A DNA stretch of 63,670 nucleotides, the filler included, from Stramenopiles sp. TOSAG23-2 (Eukaryota), in assembly GCA_900128395.1 (NCBI GenBank). It is 50 parts of 50 records of this genome, joined end to end, with 100 filler letters (N's around TTAATTAATTAA, not from the genome) between each part and the next. Parts side by side here need not be neighbours in the genome. Positions count along the whole stretch, not along the records: positions 47,325 to 48,493 come from LT653561.1; positions 48,594 to 49,761 come from LT653562.1; positions 49,862 to 51,028 come from LT653563.1; positions 51,129 to 52,295 come from LT653564.1; positions 52,396 to 53,560 come from LT653565.1; positions 53,661 to 54,825 come from LT653566.1; positions 54,926 to 56,089 come from LT653567.1; positions 56,190 to 57,353 come from LT653568.1; 42 more parts are not named here. One strand, written 5' to 3'. Position 1 is the stretch's first letter. Each line of letters begins with the position of its first letter. Positions 47,325 through 60,183 of the stretch are shown here, one piece after another. A program made the position numbers and the translations under genes. The notes below the pieces were generated by a model. The model did not search any database. It saw only the letters and a list, made by a program, of their open reading frames with translations, and was not told the DNA's origin.

Positions 47325-48493
47325 GATTATACATCTGGGAAAACCTTTACATTTCCGGCAAAAAGTAAGTGGACAATTGTAGTAGAAATGCCATCAGTTC
47401 TTGGTCAACAAAATATTCGAAATGATGTTGATAATATTGAAGAATTTTTAAAGAAAACAATACCTGTTCTATCACTTGTATCAAAAACGCATGAACCATC
47501 ATCAAAATTTGATGTTGATACTAAAGTTGAACATGTTTGCAGACATGTTTCAATAACGACGTAAACATTCCAATCCCATTACAAAGAAAACAAGAATTGT
47601 TACCTAGAATTAGGACGGTGCTGGAGGAACAAAGAGACAATTGTACTGGCCAAACGGCCATGTACGAAGCAATTGACAACGCTATAAACGATATGCTAGA
47701 AACCAACAATGATGAGGATACTTGGATTATATGCCTCACCGATGGCGAGGATAATTGCTCAGAAGAAAATAAGAAAGAAGAGTTGATTATGCATCTTCAA
47801 GATAATCAAAATGTGCATTTAATTATAATCGGCATTGACGTCAAGGAAAATATAGAGGAAGAATTACAGACACTTTGTTCAGGTCAAGGAAACGAAGGAG
47901 GGTACATACCTTCAGAAAACGATGTAACTTCTATTAATGAAGCTTTTAACAAAGCAATAACAATGATGAAGGTTAGTGATATTGTGAAGCATCACCCAAT
48001 TTCAAATGATGAATGCTATAAATTGATGGAAAAACATATGCCAAAGAATTTGTATAGTGAGGATAACATGATGTTGAAGACATTTTGGGTGGATTTTCTA
48101 TTGCGTCGCGTGAAAGTATTTGATGAAAACGATAAATTCAACACAAATGAAAAATATGAAAATCTAGGTGAGACTATTATGAACACCATGCTTCGTGAAG
48201 TAGAAAGCCAATTATATCATGATAGTTCAGAAAAAGATTGGCGCAACGAAGATCATCATCAGCTTATTTATGATGACTCTCAGGAAACCCCGGTATTCCA
48301 CGTGTTATTTACGTCTATTAATCAAACGTTGTGTCAGAAAGAGTTGCGTACTAAATACCAAAATCTTGATTTCGAAGTACCGAGTGTACAAGACAATATG
48401 GTGCGTAAAACTTTAGATAATTATTTGTCGAAAGCAATGGACATTGCACTGGATAAAAATGGGCGAATCGCTTTAATAGATGAACAGGGTTAT
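47325..48493 (+). CDS. von Willebrand factor A domain-containing protein, with a frame break near 47540
   Basis: GQTAMYEAI...WIICLTDGEDN...HLIIIGI (vWA C-terminal half). The upstream frame 47325-47564 is different. Confidence 0.7.
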
Positions 48494-48593
48494 NNNNNNN
48501 NNNNNNNNNNNNNNNNNNNNNNNNNNNNNNNNNNNNNTTAATTAATTAANNNNNNNNNNNNNNNNNNNNNNNNNNNNNNNNNNNNNNNNNNNN

Positions 48594-49761
48594 AATTTGG
48601 TTTCACTACAAATGATTGTGGTGATGAAGAGTACTGCCCTTTTGTATATTCTGCGAATACAGAAAATGCTTGTAAAGCGAAAAAAGATGTTGGCGCAGCT
48701 TGTAGTAACAATCAACCAGAAGTAAGTAAAAGCAACGTATTCTATATGATCTATGATTTTTTCTAACAACATTCACTCGGAATTTAAAACCTGACATGTA
48801 CAAAACAAACATTAAAAAAATAGCAATGTAAATCTAATATATGCAGTTGGGATATGAACCAAGGAAAAGACGTTTGTGTACAAGATTGCAATTCAAACAA
48901 GCCCTGCCCCAACGAGCAATATTGCAATGCCCCGCCCCAGATGAGTGGTATGTGTGAAAACAAAAGGGAATTGGGAGATTATTGCATGGAAGGAAAGGAA
49001 TGCAAGACTGGTGAATGCGAAATGGGAATGTGTGCACCTTCTAAAGAATGTACTAGTACGTCTTGCCAAGCTTGCCCCTTGAACGAGGTTGTAACAGCTA
49101 CTGTTTGCAGCAGGGGACTAAACGGAATTAGATGTGATTCAGACGATGAATTTTGCGGTACAACCGATAAATGCGTTAAAAACTCATGTTTAAAAATAGG
49201 TGGTATAAAAGACGGGTTTACCACCTCGTGCGAAGTGTTAGCCATCAACGGAGTACAAAGTTGTTCGCAAAAATGCATTCCACCGGATGAAGCTTGTGGT
49301 GGTGGATTATCGTGTTGTGGGGCTGAAGACCCTGACTTAACTCTGCACACACACGCATGTACATTTAATGGACAACGTGAAGTGTGTATGAAGAAGAAAC
49401 TATCTAATGGTCGTAAATGTGCAGCCAACAAAGAATGTGTATCGGGCAATTGTACATCGACCGAATGCCGCTGCACCATTGGTGCAGTAGACCAAGAGAC
49501 GTGTGGGACACAGCAAAACTTGTATGCTTCAAGCTTGTGTGAAAATACCGGGTGTATTTATGACTCCATTGCTACTGTCGAAGCGTTGAGATGTAAAACC
49601 AAGCAAGGGTACTGTGGTATTGGCGAGGGTTGCGAGAGTGATTCAGATTGTATATCTGGAAATAAATGTGGCGATGATAAGCTATGCGCCCCGTCTTGTA
49701 ACCAAATCAATACTAACGGTGATTGTGGCCTCGGAGACAAGTGTGGGCAAAACCAAGCGTG
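48594..49761 (+). CDS. Cys-rich extracellular repeat protein (Dickkopf/EGF-like repeats); intron 48722-48823
   Basis: Repeated G..C.....C.SG.C motifs; in-frame GTAAGT...TAG intron. Confidence 0.8.
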
Positions 49762-49861
49762 NNNNNNNNNNNNNNNNNNNNNNNNNNNNNNNNNNNNNNN
49801 NNNNNTTAATTAATTAANNNNNNNNNNNNNNNNNNNNNNNNNNNNNNNNNNNNNNNNNNNN

Positions 49862-50964
49862 TTACGCATTGATAGCATTGCTTCTTCTTCTTTTTCTACT
49901 TCGACGTGTGGTTCTTGGAACATAATATCCATTCTAGAGGCAATTTTTTGTGGAAATTCTTGGGATTTATCATTGTTATCCCATCCATTTAAATTAAAAT
50001 TGTTATTATTCATTATGGAATTGCTATCGTATTCTAATCCATTAATATCAATATTAGTATTTCCATAGCCATTATTATCCTCGTCTTGATTTTCATTTGG
50101 CATTCTTATATTTAAAGTTAATGTTCTAGCTGGATCTTTTGACCTATTTCCTATTGTGTATGACGGCTTTCCCGAGGGCATATCCGTGCGTTTTGACTGG
50201 ACCATTTGATGTGGTGATAAGAAAAAATCAGGACTTCGTTTTATTTTTTTTGCTAGTGCCGATTTTGTAGGATGAGGTTTGTCAAAATTTCCTACACGCA
50301 AAGCTCTATCTGCATTGTTATATTGATCATGCTTCTCGTTATTAGAATAAAGATTTGATCGTAGTTTTGTATAGACTTTTTTTGGGCGTCGAAACGGAAA
50401 TGGTGATACACTATAAGCTGTTCGTTTATCTCCTAAATTTTTTAATGACTCATTCATTACATTATTATTGCTCTTTTTCCGTTGTTTGCTAGTGTTTCCT
50501 TTTGGTGGATCCTTTACTATTACACGATATAATGCATTTAAAGACGATGACTGTTTGTTTCTTTCCATTTTTTTACTTAGTTTTACATAGGTAGTAGTAT
50601 TATTATTATTATTGTCCATTTCCACTGTTGCAATTTCTGGAGACCACATAGTTTCTTGAAACAGTTGCGGTTTACTATCGTATCTTCTGATGTGATTGTG
50701 AACCATTCTTGGATAATTATAGCCACTGCTGGCAGGAGCTTTTTTTGGTTTATTGAAGCGACTGTGGTGCTCTTTAAATGGAATTTTTGATACGTACATT
50801 GAACCAAAGTTCTGGTGCAAGCGACTAACCGAATAGTTTTTACTTAATCTAGCTTTAGCACTTTGAGGCCTTCTTTTCTTTTTAAAACTTGTTTTACTAA
50901 CACCATGCCTTGATTCGGCTGGCATTAAAACTAATACTTGTCTACTGTGATGATTATTCCTCAT
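49862..50964 (-). CDS. Low-complexity basic protein of unknown function (3' partial)
   Basis: More than 365 open codons; RPQSAK motif. Confidence 0.65.
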
Positions 50965-51642
50965 TTTGTAACATAGAAAAGATTAATACATGCCACAGTC
51001 TCTTAATACACATATTGTTTCGTACAAANNNNNNNNNNNNNNNNNNNNNNNNNNNNNNNNNNNNNNNNNNNNTTAATTAATTAANNNNNNNNNNNNNNNN
51101 NNNNNNNNNNNNNNNNNNNNNNNNNNNNACAACAACAACAATCGCACAATCTGGCAATCCTGGCAATCTGGCAATCCAGCAATCATCTGGCAATCCAAAG
51201 TCCATTCATCACAGCACCCATCAAAAAAATATAAGTTAAAGTTGGAGAGTCAATAATACTGTAGCAGGTAAATAGTATTATACCCATCTACTAAGATAGG
51301 ATTACCATAGGTGGTAGGTTTTTAGTTTTTAAAAAAACACCTCTTTGAAAACCCTATTATTAAAACTGGTATTGCAATATTATAATACTGTATGGTGTTA
51401 AATACCAGGAGGACATCTCACATCATCATCATTTTTCAAAACAACAACAAAATTCAAAACGCACACATGGTATTGCTATATTCAAAGTTAAAATATATAT
51501 TCGGAAGAAAAAGAGTGAGTAGTATAGAATTTACAACACATACTCTTATATATATATATATACTTCATTTGTTAAAATTATAACATACATATATTTTGAA
51601 TTATACATAGATAAAATTAAATATAAAACAGAAATACGCACC

Positions 51643-52295
51643 ATGTCTTATTATTCTGGTTCCTCCTCGCGTTCAAATATATCAACAAAAAAAGATTATG
51701 ATGTTGTATTTAAATCATCTGGTAGTAAACCATTAGAACGGTGTCTATCAAACGGTAGTGTATCGCGTGTATATGATAAGACATCAAAAGGTTATGTATT
51801 GGCATTGTCCGGTGGGCGATCAACCAACGTGCATTTCCCAAAGAAGAAAACAGCATCGCTTGGATTAACACCCACACGGCCATATCTTGTATTGCAAGTA
51901 TATGTACCAATAGGCAGACCGTTTACGTCAGAAGTTATTATATCAGATGATAAGTTAACAAGACGCCGTTTAATCTTTTCAACTGCTTTCAAAGAAGAGT
52001 TGTATGGTGAATTGCATGCGCAAATATCGTTGCAAAATTTAGAACGCGGGAAATGGTTAAATTTATGCATCGATATGTTAAGTATCATGGACATATGCTT
52101 TGAAAATGATGGCAAAACTAACTTTCGTGTATGTGATGCTATTACGGTAAGTTCCGTATGCAAACTTCGTAACGTTTATGTCGTTCGGGAGAATCCATAT
52201 GGGAAAGGTGGTTTACCAATGGAATTAGCATTTGCAAATGGTGTTGAATCAAGTTATGTTTTATACGATGATCAACATATACTCGAAAGGCACCC
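51643..52295 (+). CDS. CFAP20-domain (DUF667) protein, CFAP20DC-like (3' partial)
   Basis: VYDKTSKGYV, FPK....LGL...YLVLQVYVP.G.PF..EV.ISD....RRRL, W.NLCID, CKLR. Confidence 0.85.
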
Positions 52296-54097
52296 NNNNN
52301 NNNNNNNNNNNNNNNNNNNNNNNNNNNNNNNNNNNNNNNTTAATTAATTAANNNNNNNNNNNNNNNNNNNNNNNNNNNNNNNNNNNNNNNNNNNNTGTGT
52401 GTGTGTATGTGTATTGCTATTGATAAATTGTTATTAATATTTTTTTTTATTGTTTATTTGTTGTTGTTTGTTGTTGTTATTATTGTTGTTGTTGTTATTA
52501 AATACCTGGTAATAATAATACTGTTGTGTAATCGTGTAATAATCCAGTATTAATAGTAGAGCTATTACCTAGGTAATGGCATATTTTCCAGGGGGTATTA
52601 TTGTGGCATTGTGGCATCAAGGAAAATCTCTGGATCAGAGTATAGTTTAAGAGTGTATAATGTATATAATGGTATTATAATGCGAAAATGGTATCTGCGC
52701 ATAAGTTTAAGATTTTTCAACGGAGTATACCAGATAGTGCTATAGGAGTAAATTTATTTTTATATTTAATTATAATATTGATAATATTCAAGTCCTTAAA
52801 TATTACTTCGGAAATTACTTTTTTTTAAAAATAGAAAGAAGAAAGCCAAGAAAGCAAGAAAGCCCGGAAAGCAAGAAAAGATAAAAACTAAAAGAGAAAA
52901 GAAGGGAGTTGGCATCAAATTTTTGCTTTTTTCTTTGCTAGATTAATATGTATATAATAATATCCTTTGATAGGTAAATTTTGCGCCATGAAGTCTTAAA
53001 TATTCAACACAATTACGTTTTAAGGATTCATTTTATTAACTTGTATTTACGCCATATTATGCTGGGAACTGGGAACCTTGTATTTTAATTTTGTTTACAT
53101 TATGAATAGTGGTATTTTAATATAGTCGATAGCCAGTGGATAGCACGAGAAATCGTCGGGTTGCTCGGCACCCCCCGGCCGAAAAAGAAACGCAACTACA
53201 GGATTTCCAGATTTCCCCTCTTCTTTTGTACTTCTTACTCTACACAAACCTTCAATTTCACAAAATCCTAAAAATCCAAAAATCCATCCCCAAACATAGC
53301 AACAAATACAGTTATTCTTCATCACACAAATTATTAAAACAATTTAAAAATTCAAAATATACAAAGCAGGAAAAACAAAATAAAATAACAATCCATAATC
53401 ATTGCAAATTATCGTGTGAATAAATAATATAATAGATATTAAAAATTATTGGGAGAATTATATTCATTATATTATCATTATACAACACAATATAAAAAAT
53501 AAAAAATCAACAAATTAAAGAAATTTATAAAATTAGTACATCCCCCTAAAATATTCAAAANNNNNNNNNNNNNNNNNNNNNNNNNNNNNNNNNNNNNNNN
53601 NNNNTTAATTAATTAANNNNNNNNNNNNNNNNNNNNNNNNNNNNNNNNNNNNNNNNNNNNCTACACTGTATCATAGTAAAGCTCTAATGCACCTCTGCAA
53701 ACTAATACAAAATAAAAATATAAAATGAGATGTGTGTAATTACTGGTTTATAAAAAATCTAAAAGTTAAATAAATACGACACGCCGGTATAAAAATATAA
53801 TTTTACTTCCCGTGAAAAAAATACGAAGTACTAGAGTACTTCGTACGTACTACATATGCATACGCTCAATATTCAAATCTCAGGGGAATACGACGTATCA
53901 TATACCAAGAAAAGGATTTACTCTATATTTATGCTATGATATCATATAATAAATCTTTTTTTATACGATCGTATAAAATGATTTGTATACTAAAAATACA
54001 TATCATAAAATACATATGACGTACGTACGTACTTTTTTACATATCCCACACCCAAAAGGAAAAAGATATTTGTTGCACACACGCCGCCACGATACTT

Positions 54098-54745
54098 TTA
54101 TCTCCGCCTTGCATATAATCGTCTCATTTTTTCTTCCCATGGAATATCATTTTTATCATCTATTTTATTCGGTGATTTTGTTGTATTCTTTTTGATGATT
54201 GCTTCTTTACCACTACTAGGCCATTTTTTTGGAATTGGAAATAATTTTTGTACAAACGAATAATTATTTATTCGAAAACCACATGCTTGTCGATGTATTA
54301 TTAAATTTCTTCGTCGATCATCTACTTCTTTTCTCCAAAATTTATGTTTTTCAATATTTTCTTTTGTTGGGTTGTTTTCTTTTTCTATTAAATCACATTG
54401 GAGGAGAGCCCAATTAACTTTATCTTCAGAACCTTTCAATGCCATAGCTATTTCACCTAACAATTCGTGCTCCAACCCAGCAATCAGCGAGTCTGCAGAT
54501 GCAACATCACCTCTAAGGCGATCCATATATTCAGATTCAACATTTTCATCTTTCATTTGTTCTGCCAATCTTCTAGCTTGTCGTTCCGTATAACTTAGTC
54601 CAACTTGATCAGAAGGTATTGATCCAAAATATTGTTGAGTAGTATAAATATTATTATTATTATGTACAGTTTGCATCCATGATAATTTGTTTTTTTTATG
54701 ACGGGTTATAGTTTTAGCAATACTACATGTAATAGTTTTCCACAT
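54098..54745 (-). CDS. Unknown protein with a possible mitochondrial presequence
   Basis: ORF beginning MWKTITCSIAKTITR; LEHELLGEIA.AL...RRNLIIHRQACGFR core. Confidence 0.65.
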   Translation of the reverse strand: MWKTITCSIAKTITRHKKNKLSWMQTVHNNNNIYTTQQYFGSIPSDQVGLSYTERQARRLAEQMKDENVESEYMDRLRGDVASADSLIAGLEHELLGEIAMALKGSEDKVNWALLQCDLIEKENNPTKENIEKHKFWRKEVDDRRRNLIIHRQACGFRINNYSFVQKLFPIPKKWPSSGKEAIIKKNTTKSPNKIDDKNDIPWEEKMRRLYARRR

Positions 54746-54925
54746 TGTTATATTATGTTTGTTCTCAATATGTATGTATTTCTGTCTCTTATACACACTG
54801 ACGCTGCCGACGAGCGGTGTAGTATNNNNNNNNNNNNNNNNNNNNNNNNNNNNNNNNNNNNNNNNNNNNTTAATTAATTAANNNNNNNNNNNNNNNNNNN
54901 NNNNNNNNNNNNNNNNNNNNNNNNN

Positions 54926-56089
54926 CATCAAAAAATGTTTGAGCAAAAAATGACTCGTGGTGATGGCAAGAATGATATAAATCAAGAAATTGTTGATGTT
55001 TCTACTAATGGTAATGAAGAGAAGGAAGAAGAAGAAGAAGAAGAAGCCATACCAGTATCATTACTATCATTGAAAGCAATGAGTTTATATCGACTTCGCG
55101 ATTTAAATTTATCATTAAAAGGACGCTCATTACAATCCGCTATTGTGAAGCATGTTGAATTTAAAAATCACATTGTAGTTTCCTGTCAGTGTCGAGTTGC
55201 TGGTATTTTTCATATTATATCTCGATTAAGATTGAAAAATGGTAATGTAGACAATGATGATCTTAAAGATAATTTTACAAACCAGAGTTTTGATGCGGAG
55301 AACAAAAAGCATACCAACAGAGGAAGAATGGGAATTATTAGCTCATTTCCCGGAAATATATTGGTTTTCAGGTGATGCAAATAATTATCGTGATCGCTTA
55401 AAAACATCATGCCATTTAGCAAGCAATATAATAATTTTATATCATGGACCGATCAAAGCTAGCAATCGGACCATTCGGAGCAATGCATTTAAATCTTTGA
55501 AAGCTGCTGATGTTGAGACAGAGGAGGAAAATGAACGAATTTTAGATATTGCACAATTAGATTTCGATCGCATATCAACATTGATTGGGTTTCATGAATT
55601 GAAAAGTAGTTCTTATTTAACTATTGAACTGAAGCATACGTCAAATCATAAATTTATGAAGGTAGAAAGAGCATTGGGAAAAGATACAAAAACGTCATCA
55701 TTAGAAAAATTGTTTTATTCCTATTTTAAAGAAACTACACATTTCATGAGTCCATTGTATGCGGCTGGAAAAATTATAAGTTCAAGCTTAACTGAAAGGG
55801 CTGTTGCACAATCGTGGTATAACTCACAAGTTATTGGTGTTTTTCATGCTTTAGTTGGCTTAGATGAAGAAGAATTGTTTCAAAGGCATACGAAAAGAAG
55901 AAGGTCAGTGAAATATATGAATGGCAAAGTTAATAAAGATACTGGTGGACTTTACGACCAAACCAAAAATAGTTTATATACTGGCAAAAATGCCAGCAAT
56001 GATGGCTCTAAATCAATATGTCGTATGATGCACTTGCCAATTCCAAAAGATTTTATTGGTTGCACATTCGCTGAATTATTTAATTTTTT
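54926..56089 (+). CDS. Calcium-activated BK/Slo potassium channel, RCK2 region (frameshift near 55265)
   Basis: FKNHIVVSC...IISRLR in one frame; EWELLAHFPEIYWFSGD, LTIEL...SNHKFM, SPLYAAGKI and FIGCTFAELF in the next. Confidence 0.75.
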
Positions 56090-56989
56090 NNNNNNNNNNN
56101 NNNNNNNNNNNNNNNNNNNNNNNNNNNNNNNNNTTAATTAATTAANNNNNNNNNNNNNNNNNNNNNNNNNNNNNNNNNNNNNNNNNNNNTTAATACAACG
56201 AATATTGTTACTATTATTGTCAAAAGTAGGAATTCTTGCTTCTTTTTTCTCTTATTATTTTTTAGAAGAAAAATCATCAACATCATTATCTTTTAAAAAA
56301 AAAAATTTTATGCTATTTTTTTATTATTTTATGTCACAAATGTACAATAAGAATGAATACGATGTTTTTTATCTATTCATATACGACATATATATAATAT
56401 GAATATACAGTATGTAAAAACATATAATTTTCACAACAACAAGTTTACATACAGAAACGTATAGATATATCGGATTTATTATTGTTTTTTCTGAAGAAGG
56501 GTTTTTGATGATAGATGAGTTTGTATTTATTTGTACTTATTAGTATATAATAAAATATCGAAAGAAACTCCTATCAAATAGGGTGCTCGCCGCTCGCCGT
56601 GTTCTTTTTTTTTTGCATTTTTGCTTCCAAGATGCAGCTTTTTGCTTTTATCATCGATCAGCATTGATTACCATTAAATATAAAACGTAGTGCTATTATC
56701 ATGCTATTGAATATCGCCATGCTGTGGCTTTCTGAAAAACGTGATTAAAACGAGGACGATCAAAACTTCACAAAAAAAAAAAAAAGAAGGGGATTTTTTT
56801 TTCTTCTTGGTCTGTGCCCAAATTGAGTTAAAAACAACACACTATATAATAATAATACAAAAAACAAAACCATACGATACATACAAAACACGTTTATATA
56901 TATACTTCACCTTCAAATATATATACACATAGTCGTCTTATACATCATCTAGTAATATATAAATTGTTAGCATTTTTTGAAATAATACA

Positions 56990-57353
56990 GATATATGTAC
57001 ACGTGAAATACCTTCTGGATCATGATCTAAACCACCCAACATATTTAATAAATATCGCGATACGTTAAAAACAGTCTCTGTATCCAATGTTGTAAATGGT
57101 TCTTCCGTATATTGCCATATGAAATTATAACCATGGTACAATGATGCAAGTTCATCTGCAGTTTTAGCTTTACGTAAATGAACACGTTCGGTTCCTGTAC
57201 CAGGTGTTCCTTGCGTCCCACGTCGCCGTAACTTTGCAACAACATCTAAATGTTCCTCTGCAAGCTCAAAATAATGACGCGCAGCATCTATAAAGCGTCC
57301 TTCAATACATGCATTTTGTGCTAATGATGCAACTAATTTAATAGCCATTAATG
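56990..57353 (-). CDS. IFT122: Intraflagellar transport protein 122 fragment
   Basis: LAQNACIEGRFIDAA.HY..LA...LYHGY..I..YTEEPFT....ETVFNVSRYLL...PEGISRV matches IFT122. Confidence 0.8.
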
Positions 57354-57453
57354 NNNNNNNNNNNNNNNNNNNNNNNNNNNNNNNNNNNNNNNNNNNNTTA
57401 ATTAATTAANNNNNNNNNNNNNNNNNNNNNNNNNNNNNNNNNNNNNNNNNNNN

Positions 57454-57667
57454 CGATTGATTCACGTTCATATGTTTGTCCATCTGATGCAATGACAGGA
57501 TCTTTAAAAATATCACCACTGATCGAACATATAAAATGTTCGGGTGTTGGTACTTGCATACCACCAGTATTATTACTAGTGTTTACGGTTGTTGTTGTTG
57601 TCGTCGTTGTTGTTGAGGTCATTAAATTTCTTGTTGATGAAGATGATGTTGATGATGACGATGACAT
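57454..57667 (-). CDS. U-box protein, N-terminus
   Basis: PEHFICSISGDIFKDPVIASDGQTYERESI. Confidence 0.88.
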
Positions 57668-58396
57668 GATTACAATCAACTGAATACCAAAAAAATATAA
57701 ACACAAATTTATTAATATAAACGGACTATAACTATAAATATAACATAGAAAATAACGAAATATGATTCTACGTATGAATTATTATATAGAATCGTTTTTC
57801 ATCAACAATCTACACATCTATAGACGACTATCTCTTACTCTGAAGAAACTTTGTATTTATTATTAATATTAATAAATTATTTTCATCAAAATTCAACAAC
57901 AAAAATAATCACAACAACAAAGCATGCATCATTCATCACATATCATCACATGTTAATAAAGTTAAGGTACTATTAATAAATTGTTGCGTATTTTATTTCA
58001 TTTATTTGATATTCTAATTTCCTATTTTCAAGTATAAATTATTATGTGTCATTTGATAGGTAAAATCATTTATTTTTTTGATATTCTAATTTCTCCTTTA
58101 AGTATAAATTATTTCAATTATGTGTCGTGGTGTGACATTCTTATTCCTTAATTCCTTAATATAATTGAAATAATAGATATCAAAATGGATACCGGGTACG
58201 GAACATGTAAAATAAAAAATTATGAGTGTAAAAATATACTCGTACTATTAATAAAAATATCTTTTTTACGAACACTTCTTTTTTTAAAAAGAGCTTTTTT
58301 TAAATTTATATTGTACGCGACGCATACAAAGCACGAGCATAATTTATAAAACCACCCTTTTTCCTGTTGCGGACACTATGAAATCTCTAATATCTT

Positions 58397-58617
58397 TTAT
58401 GACAACTCGTCAAGTGCATCAATTGCTAACTGATTTCCTTGTTCTGCTGCTTTTGTATACCATTCAAATGCTTTTGCTTTATCCATTGTAACACCATCAC
58501 CATATTCATACATATAACCAAGATTAAATTGACCACCTGTATCTCCTTGTTCTGCTGCTTTCGTATACCATTCAACTGCTTTTTTGTAATCCTTTGTAAC
58601 ACCATAACCATTTTTAT
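58397..58617 (-). CDS. Sel1-repeat protein, C-terminus
   Basis: GYGVTKDYKKAVEWYTKAAEQG...QFNLGYMYEYGDGV..DKAKAFEWYTKAAEQG. This frame is not in the ORF track. Confidence 0.9.
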
Positions 58618-58930
58618 NNNNNNNNNNNNNNNNNNNNNNNNNNNNNNNNNNNNNNNNNNNNTTAATTAATTAANNNNNNNNNNNNNNNNNNNNNNNNNNN
58701 NNNNNNNNNNNNNNNNNAAAAATGTTTTTACATGCCTTGGTTTTGAAAAAAATAAAAAAAATAAATAATTGCTTCATGTTTGGTCAATAACATAAATTTA
58801 TCATTATCAGTATATAATAATATAAAATATATTATTGGTAATATAAAATATATAAATAAAAAAAACCCTTTTTACTGTTTAAAAAATCACGCACACTGCA
58901 CACTGCACACTTGTGTTTAATTTTACCGAT

Positions 58931-59773
58931 TTACCGCCGACTCCTCCTCCCACGACCACCACCACCACCTTGCTTCTTCTTATTCCGTTTCATATTAATT
59001 TTCTCCATTTTCAAATGTAATTCCTCCGCTTTATTCGTATCCCCACGTACTTTTTCATAAAAACTTGCTAAACGACTTATATTTGCTAAATGTTTTGAAT
59101 CTGTTTTATATGCTTTAGTTAATAATTCTTCTACACGTGTATACATTTTCTCATCACTACCACCTTGTAATCCTTCTCCACAACGATATTCCCATAATAA
59201 CATTCCATATAATGATAATGTATCTGTATCGTCTGGATCAACTTTTAAACCTCTTACTAATAATTTTTCAGCAGCTACATGATCATGTCGTGTTATTAAT
59301 AAAAATTGTGAATAATTATGTAAATTATAAACATGTTTTGGATTTGCTTCTAATGCTTGTTTATACATTTTTGTTGCACAACCAATATCTTTACGTATGT
59401 CTGCTAAGAAATCTGCATAATTACCTAAATTATCTGCATGTTTTGGATCAACACGTACTGCTTTACGATAAAATGAATCTGCCTCATCGTATTTTTCAAA
59501 AATATCAGATAACATATTTGCTAAATTACCTAATGCATCTGCATGATTATCATCAATTTGTATTGCACGACGATAATGTTTTTCAGCCATTTGATAATTT
59601 TTACGTACATGTTTTAATAAATTTGCATAATTATAATGTACACTTGCACTGGAAGAATCTGCATTTAAACTACGTTTATATAATTTTTCTGCTTTATCAT
59701 AATCTTTACGTACGTTTTTCATAAATGATGCATAATCACCTAATGCCAATGCATCGTTTGGATTTGCATCGAC
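58931..59773 (-). CDS. TPR-repeat protein, last exon
   Basis: Repeated LGNYA.FL...RKD...AE..Y.RA...DP motifs; AG acceptor at 59774-59775. Confidence 0.85.
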   Translation of the reverse strand, partial: VDANPNDALALGDYASFMKNVRKDYDKAEKLYKRSLNADSSSASVHYNYANLLKHVRKNYQMAEKHYRRAIQIDDNHADALGNLANMLSDIFEKYDEADSFYRKAVRVDPKHADNLGNYADFLADIRKDIGCATKMYKQALEANPKHVYNLHNYSQFLLITRHDHVAAEKLLVRGLKVDPDDTDTLSLYGMLLWEYRCGEGLQGGSDEKMYTRVEELLTKAYKTDSKHLANISRLASFYEKVRGDTNKAEELHLKMEKINMKRNKKKQGGGGGRGRRSRR

Positions 59774-59981
59774 CTTGTATTGGTAATAGTATTGAAATAT
59801 TGGTGATAAATAAGATCGTATAGTATATAATTGAAATTGTTAATTATGTGATTTTTTGTTTTTTTTTTGTTCAAAGTATATNNNNNNNNNNNNNNNNNNN
59901 NNNNNNNNNNNNNNNNNNNNNNNNNTTAATTAATTAANNNNNNNNNNNNNNNNNNNNNNNNNNNNNNNNNNNNNNNNNNNN

Positions 59982-60053
59982 GATGAATTAAAAGGATTAT
60001 TTGAATGGAAAAAAAGAATGGAAAACTTGGATGGTGCGAAAAAAATTATCTAA
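59982..60053 (+). CDS. 3' end of an unknown gene, possibly a GST C-terminal helix
   Basis: DELKGLFEWKKRMENLDGAKKII-stop. Confidence 0.35.
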   Translation, partial: DELKGLFEWKKRMENLDGAKKII

Positions 60054-60183
60054 AAGATCCACGCGTATAATATCATATATATATAACATGTAAAATTATT
60101 AATATAACTTAGATTTTAACCATATACACATTATAACATGTTTCTTTTTTATTAAAAAAAAATAATATGCATGAATTAATATA

